DNA of 64,000 bases, taken from a bacterium. Its GTDB lineage: Bacteria > UBA8248. The position numbers and the translations under genes are program-made. Positions within the stretch are counted from its first letter, which is position 1. Each line of letters opens with the position of its first letter. Where the stretch lies: the NCBI GenBank assembly GCA_965202625.1, contig CBDBBI010000010.1:512001-576000 (forward strand). Reading direction: 5' to 3'. Below are positions 29,287-40,110 of this stretch, in pieces. The notes under the pieces were generated by a model, which was given only the letters and a program-made list of their open reading frames with translations, made no database searches and was not told the origin of the DNA.

Positions 29287-30270
29287 ATGTCCGACCGTAA
29301 AAATCTCTCTCTCAACTACGGCGGCGCGCGCGAATTGGACCTCGAACAAATCCTCAGAGGGGCAGATGCGCGTCCTGAGATGCCAAGGGGGTTTCGCTCG
29401 GGCTTCGTCGCTATCATCGGACGCCCCAACGTGGGCAAATCCACTCTCCTCAACCGCATTCTCAGGAAGAAAATCGCCATCGTAACACCAAAGCCCGGAA
29501 CCACGAGACGTCGGCTTCTTGGGGTACTGAACGCCAAAGGCGCGCAGGCGGCTTTTTTCGACACCCCTGGTCTTGAGCGTCCCGCCTCGAAGCTCGGACG
29601 TTTTTTGCTTGAGGAGGTGAAGGTCGCCTGCGCGGGAGCGGACCTCCTCCTGTTCATGACAGACGACGCGAAGGGGAATGCGGATGAGAACGCGCTCGCA
29701 CTAGTTGTGGATACAGGCGTTCCGGCGTTTCTCCTCATAAACAAAGTGGATGCGATGAGGGACAAGACGAAACTCTTACCGATTCTGGCAAAATACGCCG
29801 AGGACGGTGGATTCCTGAACGTGTTTCCCGTCTCGGCCCTCAAGGGGGACAACATGGCGCCTCTGGTTCGGGAAATCCTCCGCGTCCTTCCTGAAGGCCC
29901 GAGATATTTCTCTCCCGATACGACGACGGACATCAGCGAGACCATCCTGATAGAGGAGTTCGTTAGAGAGCAGGCGTATCGGCAGCTACACAGGGAAATT
30001 CCCTATGCCGTAGCAGTACGAGTGCGCGAGATGGAACGCATCAAGGGCTCCGGCCTGTTGCGCGTCGAGGCAGAAATCTACGTGGAACGCAAGAGCCAGA
30101 GGGGCATTCTGGTGGGCAAGGGGGGCGGGCAGATCAAGAGGATCGGCGAATGCTCTAGAAAGGAGATCGAAGCGCGCCTAGGCGAGAGGATCTATTTGGG
30201 GCTAAAAGTTCGTGTCAAGCACAACTGGCGGCAGAAGGATGCTGCCCTTGAAGAGCTCGGGTATGGGTAG
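29287..30270 (+). CDS. era: GTPase Era
   Basis: GRPNVGKSTL, DTPG, NKVD and KH domain (EIPY, GKGG). Confidence 0.96.
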   Translation: MSDRKNLSLNYGGARELDLEQILRGADARPEMPRGFRSGFVAIIGRPNVGKSTLLNRILRKKIAIVTPKPGTTRRRLLGVLNAKGAQAAFFDTPGLERPASKLGRFLLEEVKVACAGADLLLFMTDDAKGNADENALALVVDTGVPAFLLINKVDAMRDKTKLLPILAKYAEDGGFLNVFPVSALKGDNMAPLVREILRVLPEGPRYFSPDTTTDISETILIEEFVREQAYRQLHREIPYAVAVRVREMERIKGSGLLRVEAEIYVERKSQRGILVGKGGGQIKRIGECSRKEIEARLGERIYLGLKVRVKHNWRQKDAALEELGYG

Positions 30271-30279
30271 AATCCAGAT

Positions 30280-30468
30280 TTAGCGATTCTGGGCACGCAT
30301 TCGTTTTTTGTGCGCGGCGAGTATCTTTCTTTTGCGCTTCACGCTGGGCTTCTCATAGTATTCGCGTTTTTTGATTTCCGTGAGAATGCCCGATTTTTCA
30401 CATTGTTTTTTGAATTGCTTGAGGGCTTTGTCGATGGATTCTCCCTCGTGTACTTTCACGCCTGGCAT
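30280..30468 (-). CDS. rpsU: 30S ribosomal protein S21
   Basis: [18 protein letters not shown]...[12 protein letters not shown]. Confidence 0.96.
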   Translation of the reverse strand: MPGVKVHEGESIDKALKQFKKQCEKSGILTEIKKREYYEKPSVKRKRKILAAHKKRMRAQNR

Positions 30469-30594
30469 AAGTGTTTTGCGCCTCCCGCTGTGATATGAGG
30501 TTGTGGAATGCGACACTCAAGGTTCCTAACTATCTCTCATCCACGGGATTTCGTCAAGCCTTGATGCGAAGATATATTGTTGAGGGATGCTTTC

Positions 30595-31365
30595 TTGGCC
30601 ATTCTGACTGACGACGCCATCGTCCTGGGCGCGCGGCCATACTCGAATACGAGCCTGATAGTTACGTTTCTCACCAAACATCACGGAAAGGCACGGCTCA
30701 TGGCCAGGGGCGCGCGAGCGGCAAAAGCCAAGTCGGGTGTGGGACTGGAGCCGGCGAGTGAGAGTCATCTCGAGTGGAGCCAGCGCGGCGGCAATTTGGG
30801 CAAGATGAGAAAATGCGAGACGACCCGAATATATAGAAGGCTTTGGGAAGACTATGAAGCCATGCGCACGGCCTCGCGCCTTTTACGGGTACTGGATGCG
30901 GTTTTGGATGTCGGAGAGGGCGAAGGTGCGCACTATCAGCTGCTCAGGCTGTCGCTGGAGACGCTAGAGGGGGGCGCGCGAGCGGCGAGCATGGAGGGAG
31001 TCTTTCTTCTCATGCTGCTCAAGGCAACGGGGTTACGCCCGGTGCTCGCCTATTGCGCGGCGTGCGAAAAGATACCGGAGAGCGAGGCGGCGCGCTTTGA
31101 CCTTGCGACGGGCGAGTTGCGCTGCGCGCGCTGTCCACAGCCGCCCGCGCGGGGGATGCGCCTGCGCGGGCGGGCGGTCGCCGCGTTGCGGGAGGTTCTT
31201 CGCTTTCCTCCGGAGAAGTGCTTTTCCGTTCAATTCATCTCCTCCTTGCGGCCTGAAATCACCGATGAAATCACCAAGTGTGCGGAGGCGTTCTGGGGCT
31301 ATCATGGGGGGAGACCTCTGCCGAGGCATTCAGGCCGCCGCGCCCCTGGCCCCGCGTTGACGTAA
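30595..31365 (+). CDS. recO: DNA repair protein RecO
   Basis: DAIVL...SLIVTFLTKHHGK...ARGAR and CxxC/CxxC Zn finger. Confidence 0.9.
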   Translation: MAILTDDAIVLGARPYSNTSLIVTFLTKHHGKARLMARGARAAKAKSGVGLEPASESHLEWSQRGGNLGKMRKCETTRIYRRLWEDYEAMRTASRLLRVLDAVLDVGEGEGAHYQLLRLSLETLEGGARAASMEGVFLLMLLKATGLRPVLAYCAACEKIPESEAARFDLATGELRCARCPQPPARGMRLRGRAVAALREVLRFPPEKCFSVQFISSLRPEITDEITKCAEAFWGYHGGRPLPRHSGRRAPGPALT

Positions 31366-31431
31366 TTCCGCAAGGGGGGTATTTCTCGTTCGGTGGTTTT
31401 CCCTTACCCCCCACTTTCTGGTGAGACGCGC

Positions 31432-33156
31432 GTGTTGAAACAACTATTGACCCCCATATTCGAGAGCGCGTTGGAAAGCGCACGCGCGGCGGGAGACTTG
31501 ACATCCGGGGCCGCCGTGCCGGCGTTCGTCATCGAGACGCCGCCAAATGATGCGTTTGGGGATTTCTCCTGCAACGTCGCCATGACGCTAGCTAGAGCCG
31601 AGCACATGCCGCCTCTGGCGATTGCGGGGCGAATCCTCAAGCACATCAAGGCTCCGGCGGGGCTTTTGAAGGAGGTTCGCGTCGAGAAACCAGGCTTCAT
31701 CAACCTCTATCTCGACCCTGATTTCCTATGCGCGCGCATGAAGGACGTATTGTCCGCTCCGGATGATTTTGGAAAAAACGAATCAGGAGCGGGCAAATCT
31801 GTTCACCTGGAGTTCGTGAGCGCGAACCCCACCGGCCCCCTTCACGTCGGCCACGGCCGGGGCGCCGCGCTTGGCGACGTTCTGGGCCGCCTCCTAGAGG
31901 CGTCGGGCTTCAGGGTGCACCGGGAGTATTACGTAAATGACGCGGGCAACCAGATGGAGACGCTGGGAAAATCCGCTTATGCGCGCTATTTGCAGGAGGC
32001 GCAGGGCGAGTTGGTACCCTTTCCAGAGGACGCCTACCGGGGTGCCTACATTCGCGAGATCGCCAAATCCCGCGAGTTCCAGGAGGGCGTCAGGCCGTTC
32101 GCTCAGGTCTGCGAGCGGCTTGCGTCAGGCGCCCCTGACGTCCGGAAGAGGGCGACGGCGCAGGCGACGCGAAAGGCAGGCGCCATTGCCAAGGATTTGA
32201 TACTGAAGGACATTAGGAAATCCCTTGCCGATTTCAGGGTGGATTTTGACGAGTGGTTCAGGGAGTTTTCCTTGTTCACTGAGGGCGAGAACAGGGTGGA
32301 GAAAGCCCTCGCCGTCCTTAAGGAGAACGGGAAACTCTACGAGAAAGAGGGTGCAGCGTGGCTTGCTTCGAGCGCGAGCGGGGATGAGAAAGACCGCGTC
32401 GTTAAGCGCGCCGACGGCCGCCCGACCTATCTGGCCTCTGACATCGCCTATCATCACCTCAAGTACGAGCGTGGCTTTGATCGCTACATCAACGTCTGGG
32501 GGGCGGACCATCACGGGTATTTGCCGAGGGTGCGCGCCGCGGTGGAGATGCTCGGCCATGACCCTGCGAAGCTCGACGTCCTCTTCGTCCAGTTCGTCCG
32601 CTTGCGCCGCCGGGGCAAAGCTGTCCAGATGAGCACACGCTCAGGCGAGTTCGAGGAGTTGTCCGCCGTGGTAGACGAGGTGGGCGTGGACGCGACTCGC
32701 TTCTTCTTTTTGATGAGGAGCGCGGACACGGCTTTGGAGTTCGACCTAGATTTGGCCAAAGAGCAAAGCAGTGAGAATCCCGTTTATTATGTGCAATATG
32801 CCCACGCGCGCGCGCGCAGTCTCTTTCGACAGGCGGCAGAGGAAGGGAAAGCAATAGATCGCCTTTATGCGGTCCCGCCTGGAGCACTCGTTCTCGCAGA
32901 GGAGCATCGGCTGATGAAAAACCTACTCGAGTGGCCCGATGTGGTCCGCACCGCGGTGGAGCGGCTCGAGCCGCACCACCTCACGTTCGCTCTCATCGCG
33001 CTCGCCAAACAGTTCCACGCATATTATAATCGCCACCGCATATTGGAGCAGAACGAGGAGATCACCCACGCACGATTGTGTCTCACGAAGTGCGTGCAAG
33101 CCGTCCTAAGAAGTGGCTTGTGCTTGCTGGGAGTCTCCGCTCCCGATGCGATGTAG
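31432..33156 (+). CDS. argS: Arginine--tRNA ligase
   Basis: EFVSANPTGPLHVGHGR, WGADHHGY, MSTRSG and NPVYYVQYAHAR. Confidence 0.97.
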   Translation: MLKQLLTPIFESALESARAAGDLTSGAAVPAFVIETPPNDAFGDFSCNVAMTLARAEHMPPLAIAGRILKHIKAPAGLLKEVRVEKPGFINLYLDPDFLCARMKDVLSAPDDFGKNESGAGKSVHLEFVSANPTGPLHVGHGRGAALGDVLGRLLEASGFRVHREYYVNDAGNQMETLGKSAYARYLQEAQGELVPFPEDAYRGAYIREIAKSREFQEGVRPFAQVCERLASGAPDVRKRATAQATRKAGAIAKDLILKDIRKSLADFRVDFDEWFREFSLFTEGENRVEKALAVLKENGKLYEKEGAAWLASSASGDEKDRVVKRADGRPTYLASDIAYHHLKYERGFDRYINVWGADHHGYLPRVRAAVEMLGHDPAKLDVLFVQFVRLRRRGKAVQMSTRSGEFEELSAVVDEVGVDATRFFFLMRSADTALEFDLDLAKEQSSENPVYYVQYAHARARSLFRQAAEEGKAIDRLYAVPPGALVLAEEHRLMKNLLEWPDVVRTAVERLEPHHLTFALIALAKQFHAYYNRHRILEQNEEITHARLCLTKCVQAVLRSGLCLLGVSAPDAM

Positions 33157-33187
33157 GCTGTGTCCGCCCACGAAAAACGAGCAATCC

Positions 33188-33955
33188 ATGACTTTAGGGC
33201 ACCGCGCGAGTGCGAAGCATTATATGACGCTTTCCTTCACCAAACTACAAACCGGTATTTTCGCGACTCTCCTCCTCGCGCTGATGGCCGCTTTTTTCAG
33301 CCTTGGCTACCTGACGGCCGAGCGTGGCGCATCGGATGCGGCGACCCGGGGCGAGAGTACCCTCGCCGGCTTGGGGACGGACAAAGGGGAGAGGGAGATC
33401 ATTGCGCTGCGGAGCGTGCGGGAAAGAGAGACGCCGAGTCGGTCCGACGACGCGATTGAGCCAGAATTTTATCAAAACCTACCCAAGCGCAAGAAGGATG
33501 AGGGAGATGCGCAGGCTATGGAACCCATGAAATTACCGGGGATAAAAGAGACAGGGAGAAAAGAGAAAAAAGCGTCCCCGAAACGGTTGTTCTTACGCTC
33601 TCCGGCGGTGGTGAAGTCCCCCCCCGAGGAGAAGAGAGAAACCGAGGCTAGGTTTGGCGTGGAGCCGAGAAAACGGGCACCGGCGCGGCCGTGCTCCTCA
33701 AAGCCCTGGCTGAAGAAAAGCGGATACGCCATACAGGTGGTTATTGCCAATAGATACAAAGAGGCGTTTAGCGCTCTCAAGAGGCTGAGACGGGCGGGTT
33801 TTTGCGCCTATATCAAGCAGCAGGACCGCGGCTCCGGGGGCATGCCGTATAGCGTGCGGGTGGGCCACTATCGAGACAGGGCGGAGGCCCAAAGAGCGCT
33901 CTCGAAGATGCGGGGTAGGACGAACCTCCGATGGGCGACGATTGTATCAATATAG
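33188..33955 (+). CDS. SPOR domain protein (FtsN-like)
   Basis: One N-terminal TM helix, a charged linker and C-terminal YAIQV...YSVRVG; conserved position after argS. Confidence 0.85.
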   Translation: MTLGHRASAKHYMTLSFTKLQTGIFATLLLALMAAFFSLGYLTAERGASDAATRGESTLAGLGTDKGEREIIALRSVRERETPSRSDDAIEPEFYQNLPKRKKDEGDAQAMEPMKLPGIKETGRKEKKASPKRLFLRSPAVVKSPPEEKRETEARFGVEPRKRAPARPCSSKPWLKKSGYAIQVVIANRYKEAFSALKRLRRAGFCAYIKQQDRGSGGMPYSVRVGHYRDRAEAQRALSKMRGRTNLRWATIVSI

Positions 33956-34070
33956 ATATATTTAATGTAATACTTTGCGGTTTTTTTGCTATAGATAGCT
34001 TTAATCTTGACGCTTCTCGTTTCAATTCTTAAAATTGTAGCCCTTGACCCTTGGGAGTGGAGGTGGTTCC

Positions 34071-35054
34071 ATGGCTTCTCGACGTTTCCCCCCTTGGCTC
34101 TTAAAGCGGTTCCCGAGTCCGAGCCACGCCCATGAAGTCAAGGTCTTGATGCGCGGTAAGCGGTTGCATACCGTGTGCGAAGAGGCCCGATGCCCGAACC
34201 TGTTTGAATGTTTTTCCCGAAAAGCAGCCACTTTCATGATTGGCGGAGACATCTGCACGAGAACTTGCGGCTATTGCGCCGTCGCGAAGGGGACGCCCGG
34301 GCCCTTGGACGCAGGCGAGCCGTTGCGCGTCGCCGAAGCCGCGAAATCACTGGGTTTAAGACACGTGGTCATCACGATGGTGAATCGCGATGATTTGCCC
34401 GACGGCGCGGCCGCTCACGTCGCGGCGACCATCCAGGCGATTCGGGTGTTGCTGCCCCGGGCGACGGTGGAGGTTTTAGTGAGTGATTTTATGGGCGATT
34501 TCGACGCTGTCGCGCAGGTGGCACGTGCGCGACCGGACGTTTTTAATCACAACATTGAAACAGTGAAACGATTGTTCAAAAAGACGCGACCGAACGGCGA
34601 TTACGAGCGTTCACTGCGCGTCATCGGGGTGGCGAGGGAGATTGTCCCCCAGATGATGACAAAAAGCGGTCTCATGGTCGGCATGGGGGAGACGGAGAAG
34701 GATGTGTTGTCGCTAATGGATGATTTGCGCGATGCGAGGGTGAATTGCCAGATTATGACGATCGGCCAGTATCTCTCTCCCCAAAAAAAGGCGATTCCGG
34801 TTCGGGAATACGTTCATCCCGACGTTTATGAGCGCTACCGGCTGGCGGGTGCGGCGAGGGGCTTCGCACATGTATTTGCGGGGCCCTTTGTACGAAGCTC
34901 CTACAACGCAGAGGAAGCCCTCCATGCTTCCCATGGGCTGACGGAGGAGAGGTCGGAAAGAGACCCCGAGGGACGCGCCTTCATGACTGCGGACGGTTCG
35001 GGCCGGAACGTCCCCGCTCCCTCTGTGCGCCTGATAGCCCTACCGCTCAGTTGA
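34071..35054 (+). CDS. lipA: Lipoyl synthase
   Basis: CEEARCPNLFEC, CTRTCGYC radical SAM motif and VRSSY. Confidence 0.97.
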   Translation: MASRRFPPWLLKRFPSPSHAHEVKVLMRGKRLHTVCEEARCPNLFECFSRKAATFMIGGDICTRTCGYCAVAKGTPGPLDAGEPLRVAEAAKSLGLRHVVITMVNRDDLPDGAAAHVAATIQAIRVLLPRATVEVLVSDFMGDFDAVAQVARARPDVFNHNIETVKRLFKKTRPNGDYERSLRVIGVAREIVPQMMTKSGLMVGMGETEKDVLSLMDDLRDARVNCQIMTIGQYLSPQKKAIPVREYVHPDVYERYRLAGAARGFAHVFAGPFVRSSYNAEEALHASHGLTEERSERDPEGRAFMTADGSGRNVPAPSVRLIALPLS

Positions 35055-35066
35055 GGATTCCCGAGC

Positions 35067-36263
35067 ATGCATGAATTTCAGCGCATCACGCGCCTGCCCC
35101 CCTACGTATTCGCGGGCGTCGATGAACTGAAAATCGAGGCGCGCCGCCGCGGCGCCGACATCATTGATTTCGGAATGGGGAATCCCGACCTCGCCACCCC
35201 TCCCCATGTTGTGGATAAACTCGTAGAGGCGTCCACGAACCCCAGAAATCATCGCTATAGCGCCTCGCGTGGCATCACTCGCCTGCGAATGGCCATCGCC
35301 GATTGGTATGCCCGCCGCTACGATGTGGATATCGACCCTGAGGAGGAGTCCATCGTCACCATCGGCGTGAAGGAGGGGATATCCCACCTCGCTTTGGCCA
35401 TCACCAATCCGGGCGATTTAGTCATGGTCCCGAGTCCCACATATCCCATCCATACCTACGCCATGGTGTTGGCGAACGGCAACGTGGTGCATGTGCCGCT
35501 CTCTCAGGGGGACGACTTTTTCCAAAGCATGACGGAGGTTATCCGCCCGATATGGCCGCACCCCAAAATCCTCGTCTTAAGTTTTCCGCACAACCCCACC
35601 ACGGTGTGTGTTGACATCGGATTTTTTGAAAAAGTAGTTGCCTTCGCGAAGGAATACAATCTCATCGTCGTCCATGATTTCGCATACGCCGACTTAGGGT
35701 TCGATGGCTATAAGCCGCCCAGCATCCTGCAAGTGCGGGGCGCGAAAGACGTGAGCGTGGAGTTTTTCTCCCTCTCGAAGAGCTACTCCATGCCTGGGTG
35801 GCGGATGGGCTTCGGCGTGGGAAATCGCGCACTCATCGGCGCACTGCGGCGCATCAAGAGCTACCTTGATTACGGTGCTTTTCAGCCCATTCAGATTGCG
35901 TCGATCATCGCGCTCAACGGCCCTCAGGAATGCGTCGAGGAAATTCGCCGGACCTATCAAAGCCGCCGCGATGTACTGTGCGATGGGCTGGAGAGAATCG
36001 ACTGGCCCGTTGGGAGGCCAAGGGGCACGATGTTCGTCTGGGCGGAAATTCCGGGCCCCTATAAGGAGATGGGTTCTTTGGAGTTCTCCAAATTCTTGTT
36101 GCGCGAAACCGAGGTGGCCGTCTCGCCAGGAATCGGGTTCGGCGAGTTGGGGGACGGACATGTGCGCTTCGCGCTCGTGGAGAACGAGCATCGCACGAGG
36201 CAGGCACTCAGAAATATCCGCTCTATATTTCAGGAGAGAGGCTCTAGGCAGACGTTGGGCTAG
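35067..36263 (+). CDS. alaC: PLP-dependent class I/II aminotransferase (alanine transaminase AlaC-like)
   Basis: [29 protein letters not shown] and [14 protein letters not shown]. Confidence 0.85.
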   Translation: MHEFQRITRLPPYVFAGVDELKIEARRRGADIIDFGMGNPDLATPPHVVDKLVEASTNPRNHRYSASRGITRLRMAIADWYARRYDVDIDPEEESIVTIGVKEGISHLALAITNPGDLVMVPSPTYPIHTYAMVLANGNVVHVPLSQGDDFFQSMTEVIRPIWPHPKILVLSFPHNPTTVCVDIGFFEKVVAFAKEYNLIVVHDFAYADLGFDGYKPPSILQVRGAKDVSVEFFSLSKSYSMPGWRMGFGVGNRALIGALRRIKSYLDYGAFQPIQIASIIALNGPQECVEEIRRTYQSRRDVLCDGLERIDWPVGRPRGTMFVWAEIPGPYKEMGSLEFSKFLLRETEVAVSPGIGFGELGDGHVRFALVENEHRTRQALRNIRSIFQERGSRQTLG

Positions 36264-36290
36264 TTCGCGCTGCGTCCGAGTCGGAGGACA

Positions 36291-37619
36291 ATGAAGAGAA
36301 TTTACGTCGGCATATTGGGCTTGGGCACGGTCGGAAGCGGCGTGGCGAATTTGCTTGCCGAGCAGCGCGACTTGATCAAAAGACGCCTCGGAGTGGAAGT
36401 GCGCGTCTCTAGAATCGCGGACCGAAGCATCTTTACCAAGAAGAAGATGGCGCGCGGGGTGGCTTCCGAGCGTCTGGGCACGGATTTCGAGGGTGTCATC
36501 GACGCGTCCGACGTTCACGTCGTCGCGGAGCTCATTGGCGGGACGGATGACGCGCGACGTCATATCCTGCGGGCGATTGCGAAGAAAAAGCCGGTCGTCA
36601 CCGCGAACAAAGCGGTTCTTGCCGTCCATGGCGAGGAGATATTCGCCGCCGCTGAGAAGGCGGGCTGCCCTCTGGGCTTCGAGGCGTCCGTCGCGGGCGG
36701 AATTCCGATAGTCAGAAACTTGCGTGAGGCTTTCGCGGCGGATCGGATTGAAAGACTCGCTGGTATTTTGAATGGGACGTGCAACTATATTTTGAGCCAG
36801 ATGACGGAGATGGGCGCGAATTTTGGCGATACTCTGAGGCGCGCCCAGGAGCTGGGCTACGCGGAGGCGGATCCAGCGTTTGACATTGATGGCGTCGACG
36901 CGTCTCACAAGATAGCGATTCTAGCGAACCTGGCGTATGGCACGCCCGTCGACGTTAGGACTTACCACACCGAGGGGATACGCCACATTACTTCCGTCGA
37001 TATCGACATCGCCAGGGAGCTAGGCTACCGGATCAAACTCATTGCCATGGCCCAAGAAAAGGAGGGGAAACTCGACATTCGCGTTCACCCGACGATGCTC
37101 TCCGAGAATCACCCCCTCTCGCAAGTTGGCGGGGTCTATAACGCGGTGGCCGTCTCGGGGGCGAACGCAGGGCCACAGGTATTCATCGGTAAGGGCGCGG
37201 GTTCGGAGGCCACGGCCTCCGCGGTCGTCGGAGACATCATCGAAGTGACGAGATGGTTCAGAAATGGGGGGGACTCGCGGATTCCCGCCGCTGCCTTCTT
37301 GCCTGATCAGCGCACACGCCTCGACATTCTGACGCCCCGGGAAATTTCGATGCGCTTCTACGTCCGCTTCGCGGCGCTTGATAAGCCGGGGGTCTTGAGC
37401 CGCATTTCGGGTGTTTTCGGCGAAAACGACATCAGCCTCGAGACCGTCATCCAAAAGGGCCGCGCCGGCGATGATGGCTACGCCCGCCTCGTGTTGCTCA
37501 CCCACGTAGCGACGGAGGAGAACATGCGGAACGCCCTTGAGGAGATATCCGGACTCGACATAGTGCGGCCTGGACACGCGCTCATTCGCGTGGAGTCAGA
37601 CGGCATGGCGTTTATGTGA
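36291..37619 (+). CDS. hom: Homoserine dehydrogenase
   Basis: GLGTVGSG, VTANKA, EASVAGGIP, GYAEADP and C-terminal ACT domain. Confidence 0.96.
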   Translation: MKRIYVGILGLGTVGSGVANLLAEQRDLIKRRLGVEVRVSRIADRSIFTKKKMARGVASERLGTDFEGVIDASDVHVVAELIGGTDDARRHILRAIAKKKPVVTANKAVLAVHGEEIFAAAEKAGCPLGFEASVAGGIPIVRNLREAFAADRIERLAGILNGTCNYILSQMTEMGANFGDTLRRAQELGYAEADPAFDIDGVDASHKIAILANLAYGTPVDVRTYHTEGIRHITSVDIDIARELGYRIKLIAMAQEKEGKLDIRVHPTMLSENHPLSQVGGVYNAVAVSGANAGPQVFIGKGAGSEATASAVVGDIIEVTRWFRNGGDSRIPAAAFLPDQRTRLDILTPREISMRFYVRFAALDKPGVLSRISGVFGENDISLETVIQKGRAGDDGYARLVLLTHVATEENMRNALEEISGLDIVRPGHALIRVESDGMAFM

Positions 37620-38887
37620 TCGGGCCAGATAAGAGTTCACCCCCCATGCGCAAAACATTGATGATTCTCGCGCGCGGCTTGAGCGACAGACCGGTGGCAT
37701 CGCTGGGCGGCGAGACGCCCTTGCGAACGGCCCGGACGCCCATGTTGGATCGTTTAGCAAATTGCGGTTTTTCAGGCGTATGGTCTCCTGCGTCCGGTGA
37801 TGCCTACCCCTCTCTGGATGGGTTTCTGAAAAATTTTTTCAAATTCTCCAGTGCCATCTCTTCCGGGTTGATGCTGGCCGCCGGCGCCGGCGTTACTCCC
37901 CGGACAGGAGAGGCCGTATTCCGACTGAGTTTCGTCTGCTTGAAGCCGGGCGCGACGAGCGTCGTTATGCTGGATCCGACGGGTTGCGGAGTCACGGACG
38001 AAGAGAACCGAGATCTCATCGTATATCTCAAGCAACAGATACCGCCCGATAAAGGGGAGTCCTTCCGCTTCGAGTCGCTCGGCGCGCATCAAGGGCTTCT
38101 GCTCTATCGAGGCGCGCCGCTTTCCGCGGAGTCTTTTCGCGGATTCCCCCCCCCCCATGCGATCACCGGAAAACCCATTGGAGACCACATGCCGACGGCG
38201 CGGGAGGCGCGCCGTTTCGTCCATTTCGTCAACGATTCTCAGATGGCGCTCTCCACCCACGAGGGGTTGAAGGAGAAGGCGCGAACCCGCATGTTCGCGG
38301 CGAACTCCATCTGGCTTTGGGGAGGCGGCCTAGCAGAGGAGTCGGAGTGCATCTCGGAAAAAACGGGGGGGCGGACCTCGGCGCTGGTAAGCGACTCACA
38401 ACTTGCCAGGGGCTTTGCCAAATTGGGGGGCGCAGATGTATATGAGCCAGGGGAAAAGGCGTCCGCCACCGTGCGCGAGGCGCTCGCGAAACACGATTTT
38501 GTCTTGTCGTTTCAGGATGTAGACGAAATATCTCCATGGCGCGAGGTGGCGGAGAAGGCCGAGGCCATTGAGAAGTTTGACGCTGAATTCATTTCGCCTT
38601 TGGCGGAGGGGCTGAGCGAGCCGTGCCGCATCCTCGTAGCGACGGACCATGGGTTTAGCGTGGAATCTCAGGAATGGATCGCCGATGCGGCACCGTTCGC
38701 CATGGCAGATTTCGACGGGGAGAATTTCTCGCTACCCAAGCGGTTAAGCGGCCTGGGCGGTCTATGGGAGAGAATTCGCGGCGGCGATGGGAAGAGAAAA
38801 AACGCGACGTCCGGGTTTTCTGAGGAACTTGGGCGAGGGGGACGCGTCTATTCGGTTTACGCGGTCAAAAAACGATTCTTTGGATGA
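37616..38887 (+). CDS. ApgM/cofactor-independent phosphoglycerate mutase-like protein, degenerate
   Basis: LGGETPL...TPMLDRLA, ANSIWLWGGG and TDH; several metal ligands missing. Confidence 0.75.
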   Translation: MIGPDKSSPPMRKTLMILARGLSDRPVASLGGETPLRTARTPMLDRLANCGFSGVWSPASGDAYPSLDGFLKNFFKFSSAISSGLMLAAGAGVTPRTGEAVFRLSFVCLKPGATSVVMLDPTGCGVTDEENRDLIVYLKQQIPPDKGESFRFESLGAHQGLLLYRGAPLSAESFRGFPPPHAITGKPIGDHMPTAREARRFVHFVNDSQMALSTHEGLKEKARTRMFAANSIWLWGGGLAEESECISEKTGGRTSALVSDSQLARGFAKLGGADVYEPGEKASATVREALAKHDFVLSFQDVDEISPWREVAEKAEAIEKFDAEFISPLAEGLSEPCRILVATDHGFSVESQEWIADAAPFAMADFDGENFSLPKRLSGLGGLWERIRGGDGKRKNATSGFSEELGRGGRVYSVYAVKKRFFG

Positions 38888-40110
38888 CGGAGCGAGGGGT
38901 GGGACTGGTCGTAAAAAAATTCGGAGGCACCTCGGTCGCTGATCTCAACAGGATTCGCGGCGTGGTGGAGCGGATAGCAACGGCGAGAAAGTCCTGCTGC
39001 GAGCGCATCATCGTCGTGGTAAGCGCGATGGCGGGGGAAACCGATAAGCTCATCCGTCTCGCTCATACGCTCTCACCCCAGCCGATAGGTCGGGAGATGG
39101 ATTTGCTCCTCGCCTCGGGAGAGCGCATCGCAAGCGCGCTTTTGGCCATTGCCCTCGACGCGGACGGAATCCCCGCGGTATCCCTCACGGGCGGGCAGGC
39201 GGGTATCTTGACGGAAGGTGCTCATACCCAGGCCCGCGTACGCTCCATCCGCCCGGCGCGCATTCTCCGTGAACTCGACGAGGGAAAGGTAGTCGTCGCG
39301 GCGGGATTCCAAGGGGTGGACGAATTTGACGAGGAAACCACGCTGGGCCGTGGAGGCTCCGACCTCACCGCAGTGGCACTGGCCGCGGCACTTGAAGCGA
39401 ATCGTTGCGAGATTTATACCGACGTGGACGGGGTATACACGGCGGACCCGCGCCTCGTTCCTAATGCGAAGCGGCTAGAGCAGATATCGTTCGAGGAGAT
39501 GATGGAGCTCGCCTCCTTGGGCGCGAAGGTGCTTCAGACGCGTTCTGTGGATCTGGCGGCGAAATACAGTCTTCCCATCGTCGTCCGCTCCTCACTTGGT
39601 GAAGGAGAGGGAACATTGGTCATTCCAGAGTCAACGGGAATTGAGGCGCCCGCAGTGCGCGGCGTGAGCAGCGACTCGAAGCAATCGAAACTCACGGCGA
39701 GCGGCGTCCCCGACAGGCCCGGCATTGCAGCTTCCTTGTTCGGCCAACTTGCCGAGAAGTCTATTATAGTGGATATGATTGTTCAGAACGTGAGCGAAAA
39801 CGGCTTGACGGATATCTCTATCACCGTGAACCGCGAAATGGCGGAGGAGGCCCAGGGTATCATGAAGAAATCACATGAGGCCCTGGGTGGCGTCGCAATC
39901 TCCCGCGATGACGACATCGCCAAGGTCTCCGTCGTGGGCGTGGGCATGAAGAGCCAGGCCGGCGTAGCCTCGCGCGTTTTCTCCGCACTAGCGCGAAGCC
40001 GCATCAACATCATGATGATCTCCACCTCCGAGATTTCGATATCCGTCGTGGTCCGCGAGTCAGATGCCGAGAGTTCAGTACGCGTGCTTCATAAGGAGCT
40101 CATCGCTTGA
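38884..40110 (+). CDS. lysC: Aspartate kinase
   Basis: [31 protein letters not shown] and two ACT domains. Confidence 0.96.
   Translation: MTERGVGLVVKKFGGTSVADLNRIRGVVERIATARKSCCERIIVVVSAMAGETDKLIRLAHTLSPQPIGREMDLLLASGERIASALLAIALDADGIPAVSLTGGQAGILTEGAHTQARVRSIRPARILRELDEGKVVVAAGFQGVDEFDEETTLGRGGSDLTAVALAAALEANRCEIYTDVDGVYTADPRLVPNAKRLEQISFEEMMELASLGAKVLQTRSVDLAAKYSLPIVVRSSLGEGEGTLVIPESTGIEAPAVRGVSSDSKQSKLTASGVPDRPGIAASLFGQLAEKSIIVDMIVQNVSENGLTDISITVNREMAEEAQGIMKKSHEALGGVAISRDDDIAKVSVVGVGMKSQAGVASRVFSALARSRINIMMISTSEISISVVVRESDAESSVRVLHKELIA

Noticed and set aside
35694-36908. 404-aa minus-strand ORF
   Set aside because: Antisense shadow of alaC/hom
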